Positions 1 to 8,839 of a DNA stretch of 64,000 nt are shown piece by piece. Under the pieces are notes generated by a model. The model made no database searches. It was not told the origin of the DNA and saw only the letters and a list, made by a program, of their open reading frames with translations. The stretch spans positions 4,074,616-4,138,615 of the forward strand of contig OZ245843.1 in NCBI GenBank assembly GCA_965228875.1, in the 5' to 3' direction. A program made the position numbers and the translations under genes. Positions within the stretch are counted from its first letter, which is position 1, and each line of letters opens with the position of its first letter. The stretch is from Thalassobaculaceae bacterium. GTDB lineage: Bacteria > Pseudomonadota > Alphaproteobacteria > Thalassobaculales > Thalassobaculaceae.

Positions 1-125
1 ACGATCATCACGTCCGGCGGGATCGGAAAGACGGAGCTCTCGACGAAGGACACCGCCGCCAGCCAGCGCTCGGCGTGACGATGGCCGGAGACGCGCAGGG
101 TCCAGTCGTAGAACGGGCGCAGCAT
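1..125 (-). CDS. YqaA/DedA-family membrane protein (5' part only, runs off window)
   Basis: Manual translation from ATG at 125: MLRPFYDWTLRVSGHRHAERWLAAVSFVESSVFPIPPDVMI. The FxESSxFPIPPD motif is typical of YqaA/DedA. Confidence 0.85.
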   Translation of the reverse strand, partial: MLRPFYDWTLRVSGHRHAERWLAAVSFVESSVFPIPPDVMI

Positions 126-299
126 GGCGGTCTCCCGGCGGCGTCGGACAGGGCGTTGCGTTAGCCAGGGCGATAGCAGGGCGGCGCCTTACCGACAAGG
201 CCGCGCTGCGTCACCGCAGGGTCGAATGACGGCAGAGCGCGGTCCCCGCGAGAGCGTTGACCGGGTGTCCCGCCCTCGCCATAGTGCAGCCGTTCCGGC

Positions 300-386
300 G
301 CCCCCGTGGCGGAATTGGTAGACGCGACAGACTCAAAATCTGTTTTCCGCAAGGAAGTGTCCGTTCGAGTCGGACCGGGGGCACCA
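300..386 (+). tRNA. tRNA-Leu(CAA)
   Basis: Acceptor stem GCCCCCG/CGGGGGC, anticodon arm ACAGA-CTCAAAA-TCTGT, long variable arm, GTTCGA T-loop, encoded CCA. Confidence 0.97.
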
Positions 387-590
387 TCGCGCTGGCAAGC
401 CGTCGGACCGCCGGACCCTCACCCCCCCTGTTTTTCCTCGATCCCGCCTAGCGTGCGGTCACGCAATTGGCCTGAACGACCCGACGCAGCATCGGTTCGG
501 GAATTCTGGCTTGTTGCCGTTCTGTGGCACAACGAAGGCGTGTGTTATTCTTGCCATCGTTGGCCGGCAATCCTCGAACGGGGGCAGGGG

Positions 591-2303
591 ATGATTGCGG
601 ACTTTGATAGGGCGCAGGAGCGTTTGCGAGACGTGAAGCGTCGACTGGAGACCCTTGGCTCGAGCCGGGCAGATGCGGTGGGCGGACGGCGCTCGTTGGG
701 CGTCGTGACGTCCACAGACGATTTTGATCTGCTCAGGTGTTTGGTTCGGGACAGCATCGACGCCGTGTGCGTCGGTCTTCCCTCTACCGCCGAGAGATAC
801 AGCGACCTGGTGTCGGCGACCGACACGCCAGAGGACCTGCACGCGATCGTACAGGACCTGCTCGACATCGCGCCCCCGACTCGCATGCAGGTTTCCGGTG
901 ACGGAGATGCCGCGTATTTCTCCATTCTAGTCGAGCGATCGCTCCTGGGCTCCCGACTGTTCAAATACGCGATCGGGGCTGTCGTTCTGATGATCGGGAT
1001 CTCTCTTGGCATTGTCGGGTGGGAGATCTCGACGGTCGGCGACCTGACGGCTCAAGTGGATGCGAAACTTCACGAAGCGCGGCGGATCCTGGACGAGAAG
1101 CAGTCGGCAATGGACAGCCAGATCGCAAACGCAACCCGGCTGGGTAAGGAGATCCAACGGGATGCGGAACTGGTCGAGGAGGAGAAGGAAAGGGCGCGGC
1201 GCGAGCTCAACCGCCTGAGGGGAGACGTCGAGGGCGTCCAGGCAACACTTGAGAAGATGCGATCGGAACTCCGGGGCGTACGCGGTGCGTGGGACGCCGA
1301 GAAGGCCGGGTGGGACAAGGAGCTTGCACAGATCCAGGGGTTCTTCGACGAACAGAAAGCAGAGGTCCGCAAGGCCGTGACCTCGACAATTGGCGAACTC
1401 GCGCCGCTGCTCACCGCTGTTAGAGCTAAGGAAGCCGAGGTGGACGGGCTGGCGCGCCAGGCGTCGGCGTCCGCGGCCGCCGCTGCGGCGGACGCCGGCG
1501 ATGCATCGGCGCAATCCGAGGCGGCGCAGACCCATGCGAGCAAGGCGCAATCCGAAGGCGAGCAGGTAGAACGCCTGCGGGAGAGGGTCGACAGCATTCA
1601 TACCGGGCTCAACGCCAAGGTCGCCGCCGCCGAGAGTGCCGCGGCTGCGGCACTTGAGTCGGTCGACAGGCTCACGCAGCGTCTCGACGGGAAACGCCAG
1701 GATTTCGAGAACGCTCTGGCGAGCGGCGTCGAGCTCGAGGAACGGCTCAATCGGGAACTGCAGGGGATGGGAGCCGCGATCGATGCATGGCGCAAACGCA
1801 CCGAGGACGCGGTCGTCCAGGTCGAGGAACAGGCGGCCGAGGCATCCGCTACTCTTCGCGAAAGGTCTGCTGAACCGCTCTCGGTGCTGCAGGGCCGACG
1901 CGATAGGGCCAAAGAAATTGTAGAGGGCCTGGTTCGCCGGGAGAGCGATGCCAGGGAGTATCTGGGCAGGCTGGAGGAAATTCAGAGCAAGGCCCGCGAT
2001 CAGTATGAGGCGACCGCCGACGCGTCCTCCGAGGTCTCTGCGCTGCTTCGGGATTCCGAGGGTCAGCGGGCGGTGCTTGCCGCCTTGTTCGGGCAGGTCG
2101 ACGACCGGCGGGAGGAGGCCGAGAAAGAGCTGGCAATCCTGCTGGACGCCCAGCCCGCCCTTGATCTGGCGAACACCTGGCAGTCGGTTCTGCAGAGAGA
2201 GCGGAGCGGGCTGGCGCTGGTGGCAGCCGCGGTGGCTCTGCTGATCGGCGTGACGGCGTTGCTGGTTGCCTTGCTCCGACGCAGAGTGCCCGCCCCAGTG
2301 TAG
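591..2303 (+). CDS. Hypothetical long coiled-coil protein with two predicted TM segments
   Basis: The ORF-track start overlaps the tRNA; ATG at 591 follows a G-rich RBS-like sequence. TM1 is YAIGAVVLMIGISLGIVGW, then ~390 aa of heptad-rich E/A/R/Q sequence, then TM2 LALVAAAVALLIGVTALLVALL-RRR. Confidence 0.75.
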   Translation: MIADFDRAQERLRDVKRRLETLGSSRADAVGGRRSLGVVTSTDDFDLLRCLVRDSIDAVCVGLPSTAERYSDLVSATDTPEDLHAIVQDLLDIAPPTRMQVSGDGDAAYFSILVERSLLGSRLFKYAIGAVVLMIGISLGIVGWEISTVGDLTAQVDAKLHEARRILDEKQSAMDSQIANATRLGKEIQRDAELVEEEKERARRELNRLRGDVEGVQATLEKMRSELRGVRGAWDAEKAGWDKELAQIQGFFDEQKAEVRKAVTSTIGELAPLLTAVRAKEAEVDGLARQASASAAAAAADAGDASAQSEAAQTHASKAQSEGEQVERLRERVDSIHTGLNAKVAAAESAAAAALESVDRLTQRLDGKRQDFENALASGVELEERLNRELQGMGAAIDAWRKRTEDAVVQVEEQAAEASATLRERSAEPLSVLQGRRDRAKEIVEGLVRRESDAREYLGRLEEIQSKARDQYEATADASSEVSALLRDSEGQRAVLAALFGQVDDRREEAEKELAILLDAQPALDLANTWQSVLQRERSGLALVAAAVALLIGVTALLVALLRRRVPAPV

Positions 2304-2334
2304 GGCTATTGACGTCCGGGCTGGCCGCGACCGG

Positions 2335-2369
2335 AAAAACTCTCCCCCGCCGGCAAGGCCGGCGGGGGA
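2335..2369 (-). terminator. Intrinsic terminator downstream of leuA
   Basis: 12-bp stem TCCCCCGCCGGC/GCCGGCGGGGGA followed by GAGTTTTT on the minus strand. Confidence 0.7.
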
Positions 2370-2379
2370 AACGGGGTCC

Positions 2380-4056
2380 CTACAGCCGGTTGCAGGCGCT
2401 GACCACGGCCTTGACCGGGGCCAGGGTGATGTCGGTGTCGATGCCGACGCCGAAGATGCTGATGCCGGCCTCGTCCGGGGCCTTCAGCTCGATGTAGGCG
2501 GCGGCCTCGGCGTCGGAGCCGACCGAGCGGGTGTGCTCGACATAGTCCTTGAGTTTGAACTTCAGGCCGAACTCCTTGCGCATCATGTGCGAGAAGGCGT
2601 TGACCGGACCGTTGCCCTGGCCGGTCAGGGTCTTCTCGACGCCGTTGTCGGTGACCACGGCGTCGACCTGGACGGTCTGGTTGGAGCCGGGAACGCGGCG
2701 GGACTCGAAGGAGACGAGGGTGAACCGGCCCTGGGGCTGCGAGACGTATTCGGTCTCGAAGGCGTTCCAGATCTCCTGGCTGGAGATCTCCCGGCTGGTC
2801 GCATCGGTCAGGCGCTGAATGACCTGGCTGAACTGCGCCTGCCACTCCTTCGGCAGCTTGATGTGGTGGTCGGTCTCCAGCACGTAGGCGATGCCGCCCT
2901 TGCCGGACTGCGAGTTGACGCGGATCACCGCCTCGTAGTCGCGGCCGATATCGTGCGGGTCGATCGGCAGGTAGGGGACTTCCCAAACGCCGCTGTTGGC
3001 CGCCTTGATCGCCTTCATGCCCTTGTTGATGGCGTCCTGATGCGAGCCGGAGAAGGCGGTGTGCACCAGTTCACCGGCATAGGGGTGACGCGGGTGGATC
3101 GGCAGCTGGTTGCAGTATTCCGCCGTCTCCATCAGGCCGTTGATGTCGGAGAAGTCCAGTTTCGGATCGACGCCCTGGGTGAACAGGTTCAGGCCCAGGG
3201 TGACGATGTCGACGTTGCCGGTGCGCTCGCCGTTGCCGAACAGCGTGCCCTCGATCCGGTCGGCGCCGGCCATCACGGCCAGTTCGGCGGCCGCCACGCC
3301 GGTTCCCCGGTCGTTGTGCGGATGGACGGACAGGCAGATCCGGTCCCGACGCGTGAAGTTGCGGTGCATCCACTCGATCTGGTCGGCGTAGATGTTCGGC
3401 GTGGACATCTCCACGGTGGAGGGCAGGTTGATGATGATCCGGTTGTCGACCGCCGGGGCCCAGACATCCATCACCGCCTCGCAGACCTCCAGCGCGTAGT
3501 CCAGCTCGGTGCCGGTGAAGCTCTCCGGCGAGTACTGCAGCTGCACGTTCTGGCCGGCCAGCATGGGCAGGCGGTCGCGCACCATGACCGCGCCGTCGGT
3601 GGCGATCTTCTTCACCCCGGCCTGGTCCTCCTGGAACACCACGCGGCGCTGCAGTTCCGAGGTCGAGTTGTACAGATGGATGATCACGTTCTTGGCGCCG
3701 ATCACACTCTCGAAGGTGCGCTGGACCAGATGCTCGCGCGCCTGGGTCAGGACCTGGATGGTGACGTCGTCGGGGATCAGGTTCTCCTCGACGAGCTGGC
3801 GTACGAAGTTGAAGTCGGTGTCGGAGGCGGAGGGGAAGCCCACTTCGATCTGCTTGAAACCCATCTTCACGAGGGCGTCCCACATGCGGCGCTTGCGCGG
3901 ACCGTCCATCGGATCGACCAGGGCCTGGTTGCCGTCGCGCAGATCGACGGAGCACCAGATCGGCGCGGTGTCGATCACCTTGTCCGGCCAGGACCGCTTC
4001 GGCAGGTCCACCTGGGCGTAGGCGCGGTATTTGTCGATCGGCATGCGGTTCAACAT
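2380..4056 (-). CDS. leuA: 2-isopropylmalate synthase (LeuA type 2, yeast/actinobacterial-like)
   Basis: APIWCSVDLRDGNQAL, HPHNDRG, GNGERTGN and HTAFSGSHQDAI motifs, C-terminal regulatory domain, GGAGGA RBS before ATG at 4056. Confidence 0.96.
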   Translation of the reverse strand: MLNRMPIDKYRAYAQVDLPKRSWPDKVIDTAPIWCSVDLRDGNQALVDPMDGPRKRRMWDALVKMGFKQIEVGFPSASDTDFNFVRQLVEENLIPDDVTIQVLTQAREHLVQRTFESVIGAKNVIIHLYNSTSELQRRVVFQEDQAGVKKIATDGAVMVRDRLPMLAGQNVQLQYSPESFTGTELDYALEVCEAVMDVWAPAVDNRIIINLPSTVEMSTPNIYADQIEWMHRNFTRRDRICLSVHPHNDRGTGVAAAELAVMAGADRIEGTLFGNGERTGNVDIVTLGLNLFTQGVDPKLDFSDINGLMETAEYCNQLPIHPRHPYAGELVHTAFSGSHQDAINKGMKAIKAANSGVWEVPYLPIDPHDIGRDYEAVIRVNSQSGKGGIAYVLETDHHIKLPKEWQAQFSQVIQRLTDATSREISSQEIWNAFETEYVSQPQGRFTLVSFESRRVPGSNQTVQVDAVVTDNGVEKTLTGQGNGPVNAFSHMMRKEFGLKFKLKDYVEHTRSVGSDAEAAAYIELKAPDEAGISIFGVGIDTDITLAPVKAVVSACNRL

Positions 4057-4310
4057 CGTCTTTCCTCCTGAAGGCGCGCCGCCGGGACGGTCCTGAGTTC
4101 CCATGGACCGTCGGTCAGGGGCGGGCGCCGGATTATCGTCGCTCGTGTGTGCTGGTGCTTGCCGCCGCCACGCCATAGGCGCACGTCATCGCGAACGCGG
4201 GTCGCGCGCTCGGAATTTTCGGTGCCTGTCGCGGGTCATTGCCGAACATGGGTCGGCCTCTGGAACCGTGGGGTGGACGCGTGGGGCGAACGAATCTGTC
4301 CCGGTCTCTC

Positions 4311-4364
4311 CTAGAGAGCCGGGCAAATAAGTCGCAGGCCGAGCGTCGCGGTTCCGAACATCAT
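4311..4364 (-). promoter_or_regulatory. Putative leuA leader peptide MMFGTATLGLRLICPAL with overlapping hairpin (attenuator-like)
   Basis: 17-codon ORF with 4 Leu codons upstream of leuA. The stop codon lies in the loop of CCCGGCTCTC-TAG-GAGAGACCGGG. Confidence 0.7.
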
Positions 4365-4444
4365 GGGCGCAGTTGAGCCATAAGCCGGCGGCCGGGTCAA
4401 GTCCGCACTGGCGGAAGATCGTGCGATGACTTAGGAGACTGTCG

Positions 4445-5464
4445 ATGCGCCCGCTGCCGATCCTGACCGCCCTGGTCGTCGCCGCCTTCTGCGTTTCCGC
4501 CGCCGCCACGGCGCAGGAGACCAAGGATCCGTCCGACCGGTCGGTGTTCAGCTTCACCCTCGAGAACGATCTGCCGGCGACGACCGACCGGTACTACACG
4601 AACGGCTTCCGCTTTACCTGGACCAGCCGGCTGGACGCGGTGCCGGACAGACTGAGAGCCGCCGTCCGCCCGGCCCTGGGCGATGACGGCAGGTTCCGCT
4701 GGCAGGCGGCGTTCGGCCAGAACATGTACACGCCGACCGACATCACGACGAAATCTCCGGATCCGGACGACCAGCCCTATGCCGCCTGGCTCTACGGCTC
4801 GGTCGGAGTGATCGCCGATGTGGAGCACGACGCCTACCGCCGCACCCAGACGAGCGCGCTGCTGTCGCTCGGCGTGGTCGGGCCGATGGCGCTTGGCGAG
4901 CCGGTGCAGGATTTCGTCCACGACATCATCGACAGCCCCGATCCCCAGGGCTGGGACCATCAGCTGCACAACGAACCGGCGGCGCTCCTGCTGCTGCAGC
5001 AGCGCTGGATCTTCGGTGCGCCGCTCGATGTGGCCGGCCTTCGGGTCGACGCGGCGCCGCATACGGCGGTGGCGCTGGGGAACGTGTTCACCCACGCCGC
5101 CGCCGGGCTGACCCTGCGCTTCGGCGAGCCGCCGGCGGCCGACTACGGTCCCCCGCGCATCCAGCCGGCGAGTCCGGGCTCGACGTACTTCGGTGGGCTG
5201 GAGGGTGACGATCCGTTCGGCTGGTACGTCTTCGCCGCGGTCGAGGGCCGGGCGGTGGGGCGCAATATCTTTCTGGACGGCAACACGTTCAGGGAGTCGC
5301 GCAGCGTCGGCAGCAACCCGTTCGTCGGCGACCTGTCGGCCGGCCTGGTGGTCACGGTGGGCGATCTGCGTGTCGCCTACGTCCACGCGCTCCGCACCCA
5401 GGAGTTCAACGGCCAGTCCGGGCCGAGCGTGTTCGGCGGGGTCACCGTCGGCTACCGGTTCTGA
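4445..5464 (+). CDS. Lipid A deacylase LpxR-family (DUF2219) outer-membrane beta-barrel
   Basis: Signal peptide, ENDL..TDRYYTNG, GQNMYTP, PYAAWLY, GWDHQL and NIFLDGN motifs, C-terminal YRF. Confidence 0.88.
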   Translation: MRPLPILTALVVAAFCVSAAATAQETKDPSDRSVFSFTLENDLPATTDRYYTNGFRFTWTSRLDAVPDRLRAAVRPALGDDGRFRWQAAFGQNMYTPTDITTKSPDPDDQPYAAWLYGSVGVIADVEHDAYRRTQTSALLSLGVVGPMALGEPVQDFVHDIIDSPDPQGWDHQLHNEPAALLLLQQRWIFGAPLDVAGLRVDAAPHTAVALGNVFTHAAAGLTLRFGEPPAADYGPPRIQPASPGSTYFGGLEGDDPFGWYVFAAVEGRAVGRNIFLDGNTFRESRSVGSNPFVGDLSAGLVVTVGDLRVAYVHALRTQEFNGQSGPSVFGGVTVGYRF

Positions 5465-5473
5465 GTGCTGCCC

Positions 5474-7057
5474 TTACGCCGATGACGATGGGCGTGGCAG
5501 GGAGACTGTGACGGTCGTCCCTTCGCCTGGCTCGTTGTCGATCGTGATCCCGCCACCGTTCAACCGGGCGAGTGAATGGGCGATGACCAGACCCATGCCC
5601 CAACCGCGCTCGCTGGTATACGGGTCGGATTCAATCGGGGGGAAGGGTGACGCGACCCGCTCCAGATCGTCCGTCGGAATTCCCGGTCCTGTATCCTTGA
5701 TCGCAACCTCCAGCGTCGTCGCGCTGTCGGCAAACAAGAGGGTCACGACTCCTCCCTCCGGCGTGAACGTGACCGCATTTGTGAGCAGGTTGAGGAAGAT
5801 CTGCCGGACCGTGCGCTGATCGACCAGTGCCAAGGCAGTATCGGGGAGATCCAGGGAACGCAGTTCGATGTCCTTCTCGCCGGCCTTGCCCGAGACGATG
5901 CGCAGGCAGTCGTCGAGGATCGGTTGCAGCTCGATCGCCGTGCGCTGGAGGTTCAGATTCCCGGACTCGATCGCCGATATGTCCAACAGATCGTCGACCA
6001 GGTCGAGAAGATGGCTGGCGCTGGTGCGGATATCCTTGGCGTATTCCCGGTACTTTCCGGCTCCGGGTGGGCCGAAATACTGGTTCTCCAGAATGTCCGA
6101 GAACCCGAGGATCGCGTTGAGCGGCGTTCTCAACTCGTGGCTCATGCGCGCCAGGAAATCGGATTTGACTTTGCTCGCCTGTTCCGCCGCCCGCGTGGCT
6201 CGCTCCAGTTCGCGGGTCCGTTCCAGCACCCGTTTCTCGAGCTCGGCATTGACCTGTTCGAGGCTTCGCGTCCGGTCGGCGATTCGCTCCTCAAGGGTAC
6301 GGTTGGTGCTCCGCAGCGTCGCCTCGGCCCGTTCCCGGCGCGCCACCTGCTCGTTGTAAGCCTGGATCAGCGCGCCCAATTCGTCGCGGATGTGGTTGGG
6401 CGGCAGGTCTATCGTCGCCGGTCCGCCGGTGATGCGCTCGGCGATTCGCACCAGAGGCCGGGTCAGCATCGCGTGGAACAGGTAGCCGAGGATCGCCGCC
6501 AGCATCAGGTTCCGCATCACGCCGAACAGCAGAATCAGCCCCGAGCGCTCGAAGAAGGTCCGAGCGATGATGTAGGTATCGACCGAGACGTTCAGGGTGC
6601 CCGCGAGAAAGCCGTTCTCTGGCACGACCAAGGTCTTGCTGTAGGTCTTGGGGGGGCCGAAGAGCAGGCGGGCCACGCCGATCAGCTGGCCCTCCTGGAT
6701 CGGGCGCATATTCTGCGCCAGCGGGTCGCCATTGTTGTCGAGGATCTCGGCATCGAAGACCGCCTGGTACTCGAACAGACCGTCGACGACGTTCTGCGCC
6801 AGGATGTTGTCCAGGCCATAGGCGGCTTGCAAAGCGCTGTCGTTGGCGACCTCCAGGGTCCGCTCGAAGATGATGTCCATCCGCTCGCGTTCGGTGGCGA
6901 GGTCGGTGGAGATCTGGATCGCGCTGAATCCCACCCCGAGCAGAAAGGCGACGATCACGGCCACGCGGGCCTGTTTGAACGACAGACTCTCGGCGAACCG
7001 CCGACCCTGAATCCCGCCGCCGGACTTGCTCACGGAGGCCTGATCGCCCGTCCTCAT
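5474..7057 (-). CDS. Membrane sensor histidine kinase
   Basis: Two TM segments, HAMP-like linker, H-box FLARMSHELRTPLNAI, N-box NLLTNAV, DTGPGI and GWGMGL boxes. Confidence 0.92.
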   Translation of the reverse strand: MRTGDQASVSKSGGGIQGRRFAESLSFKQARVAVIVAFLLGVGFSAIQISTDLATERERMDIIFERTLEVANDSALQAAYGLDNILAQNVVDGLFEYQAVFDAEILDNNGDPLAQNMRPIQEGQLIGVARLLFGPPKTYSKTLVVPENGFLAGTLNVSVDTYIIARTFFERSGLILLFGVMRNLMLAAILGYLFHAMLTRPLVRIAERITGGPATIDLPPNHIRDELGALIQAYNEQVARRERAEATLRSTNRTLEERIADRTRSLEQVNAELEKRVLERTRELERATRAAEQASKVKSDFLARMSHELRTPLNAILGFSDILENQYFGPPGAGKYREYAKDIRTSASHLLDLVDDLLDISAIESGNLNLQRTAIELQPILDDCLRIVSGKAGEKDIELRSLDLPDTALALVDQRTVRQIFLNLLTNAVTFTPEGGVVTLLFADSATTLEVAIKDTGPGIPTDDLERVASPFPPIESDPYTSERGWGMGLVIAHSLARLNGGGITIDNEPGEGTTVTVSLPRPSSSA

Positions 7058-7063
7058 ACGCGG

Positions 7064-7834
7064 CTACTTCGCGACCATGGCGGCGTAGCGCGCCTGGATC
7101 GCGTCGAAGGCGCCGTCCGCCTTGAGGGTTTTCGCCGCCGCCCGAAGCTGGTCGACGATCACTGTATCGAAGTCCTTCCTGCAGTGCAGCCAGACGGTCG
7201 AGGTCAGAAACACGAAGGGCTGGCCGATATCGCCACGGGTGACGCCGGCTCGTGCCAGATTGTAGTAGACCGCGATGTCCGTCCCCACCATGGCATCGAC
7301 CCGGCCAGAGGCGAGCAACACCGCACTCTGGGCGTAGCTGCGGGTGTGATAGCGCTGGATCTTGGGGTCAGAGGCAAGCGGCCAGCCGCGGTAAGCGCCC
7401 CGGGGCATGGCCACTGTGTGACCGTACAGATCCTCGAACCGACCGATCTCCAGCCCGCGCCGAGGGACGATGACCGAGTTCAGCTTCGAGATCACCTCGT
7501 GCACCAGGACGAAACTTTCCCGCGACCAGGACGAGGGAATGAAGCAGGCGCAGTCCAGAAAGCCCTTCTCCAATTCCCGGTTCACCCGCTTGAGCGGCAT
7601 GGTCAGGTCGGTGAAGGTCAGTCCGGCATGGGTGGCGATCGCGGCGTTGAAGTCACTCAGCATGCCACGTTGCGGCGCATTGGGATTCTTGAAGGAATAG
7701 GGGGCCAGGTCGAAGGTTCCGAAGCGAACCTGCACCGCGTCGGCGCGAACTTCCGACACGACAACGCCGGCCCACGCGAACAACGCCACGACAGCAGTCA
7801 GGCAACCTCTCCAGCAAAGCGTCACATGCGTCAT
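7064..7834 (-). CDS. Periplasmic substrate-binding protein (SBP_bac_3-like)
   Basis: Signal-like N-terminus, APYSF, PLKR and LLASGRVDA motifs. The start codon is uncertain. Confidence 0.75.
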   Translation of the reverse strand: MTHVTLCWRGCLTAVVALFAWAGVVVSEVRADAVQVRFGTFDLAPYSFKNPNAPQRGMLSDFNAAIATHAGLTFTDLTMPLKRVNRELEKGFLDCACFIPSSWSRESFVLVHEVISKLNSVIVPRRGLEIGRFEDLYGHTVAMPRGAYRGWPLASDPKIQRYHTRSYAQSAVLLASGRVDAMVGTDIAVYYNLARAGVTRGDIGQPFVFLTSTVWLHCRKDFDTVIVDQLRAAAKTLKADGAFDAIQARYAAMVAK

Positions 7835-7954
7835 GATACGACCGGCGCAGGTGTCTGGGCGCTTGCACGATCTCGTGTTTCTGCAATCTAACGACGGTAT
7901 TTGACCATCTATCGAGGCGTCTGCGAAGCGCAGATGCACCTCACCCCGCCGGCA

Positions 7955-8758
7955 TTAACCGCCCGCCAGCCGCTGGAACTGTCCCGGCGTCACCTGGAAC
8001 GCCTTGTGGAAGGCGGCGACGAAGGCGCTGGACGTGGCATAGCCGGCCTCGAACGCCACGTCGGTTACCCGGGCGCCGGCCAGCAGCTTCTCCGCCGCTA
8101 CGGTCAGGGCCAGGTAGCGGCGCCAGTCGCGGTAGCTGAGCCCGGTTTCCGCCTGCACCCGGCGGCGCAGGGTGCGCGGGCTGACGGCGAGGAGGTCGCC
8201 CCATTCCTCGAGCGAGCGCGGATCGGACGGGTCGGCCGAGACGGTGTCGGCGATGCGCGCCACCGCCGGGTCGGCCGGCCGGGGCAGGCGCACGCTCACC
8301 CCCGGTGCCGGGCGCACAAGGGCCAGCGCCGCGCCCGCCACCGTGGTCCAGGCCCTGTCCAGCCGCTCCCGGTCGTAGGTCTCGGCCAGCCAGGTGACCA
8401 TGTCGGCCAGCGGCGTGCCCTGATCCACGGCGCTCGGGCTGTCGGGCAGGGCGCCGGCACCGTCCCCGCGCACGAACAGGCTGCGCATGGAGCGTTCTTC
8501 CGGCGCCAGGGAGCGGTGCGGCGTTCCCGCCGGCAGCCACAGGACGCTGCCGCGCGGCACCAGCCAGACCCGCTGCGGCGTCTCGACCCGCATCACCCGC
8601 GCCAGCGTCAGGGCGAGCTGGCCCCGGTCGTGGGTATGCCACGGCACGCTGGCGCCCGGCGCGAAGGACGCGGCATGGCCGATCACCGGCGTGTCCGCAT
8701 CCTCGTGCCCGCTGACGGGGTCCCGCGGTCGGGTGAGCTGTTGTCCACTCGGCGACAT
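7955..8758 (-). CDS. AraC-family transcriptional regulator with cupin sensor domain
   Basis: HTHDRGQL cupin motif, SPRTLRRR and VAFEAGYATSSAFVAAFHKAFQVTPG HTH. This is the 3' end of the long track ORF 7955..11155. Confidence 0.9.
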   Translation of the reverse strand: MSPSGQQLTRPRDPVSGHEDADTPVIGHAASFAPGASVPWHTHDRGQLALTLARVMRVETPQRVWLVPRGSVLWLPAGTPHRSLAPEERSMRSLFVRGDGAGALPDSPSAVDQGTPLADMVTWLAETYDRERLDRAWTTVAGAALALVRPAPGVSVRLPRPADPAVARIADTVSADPSDPRSLEEWGDLLAVSPRTLRRRVQAETGLSYRDWRRYLALTVAAEKLLAGARVTDVAFEAGYATSSAFVAAFHKAFQVTPGQFQRLAGG

Positions 8759-8839
8759 TCGTTGTCCGCTCGTTCGGTATCCCTCTGGTCGTCGAGCCGC
8801 TAGATTAGCACGCGAGGAAACGCAGCCGGGACAAAACCC

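Noticed and set aside
306..590. N-terminal extension of the 665-aa ORF
   Set aside because: It runs through tRNA-Leu; ATG at 591 is the more plausible start.
386..2340. att-bounded island at tRNA-Leu
   Set aside because: I found no duplicate of the tRNA-Leu 3' end and no integrase in the window.
2266..4071. Long antisense or alternate-frame ORFs (also 5924..7891, 14059..16113, 19009..20574, 45738..48092 and others)
   Set aside because: These are shadow frames of well-supported genes, expected in high-GC DNA, with no motifs.
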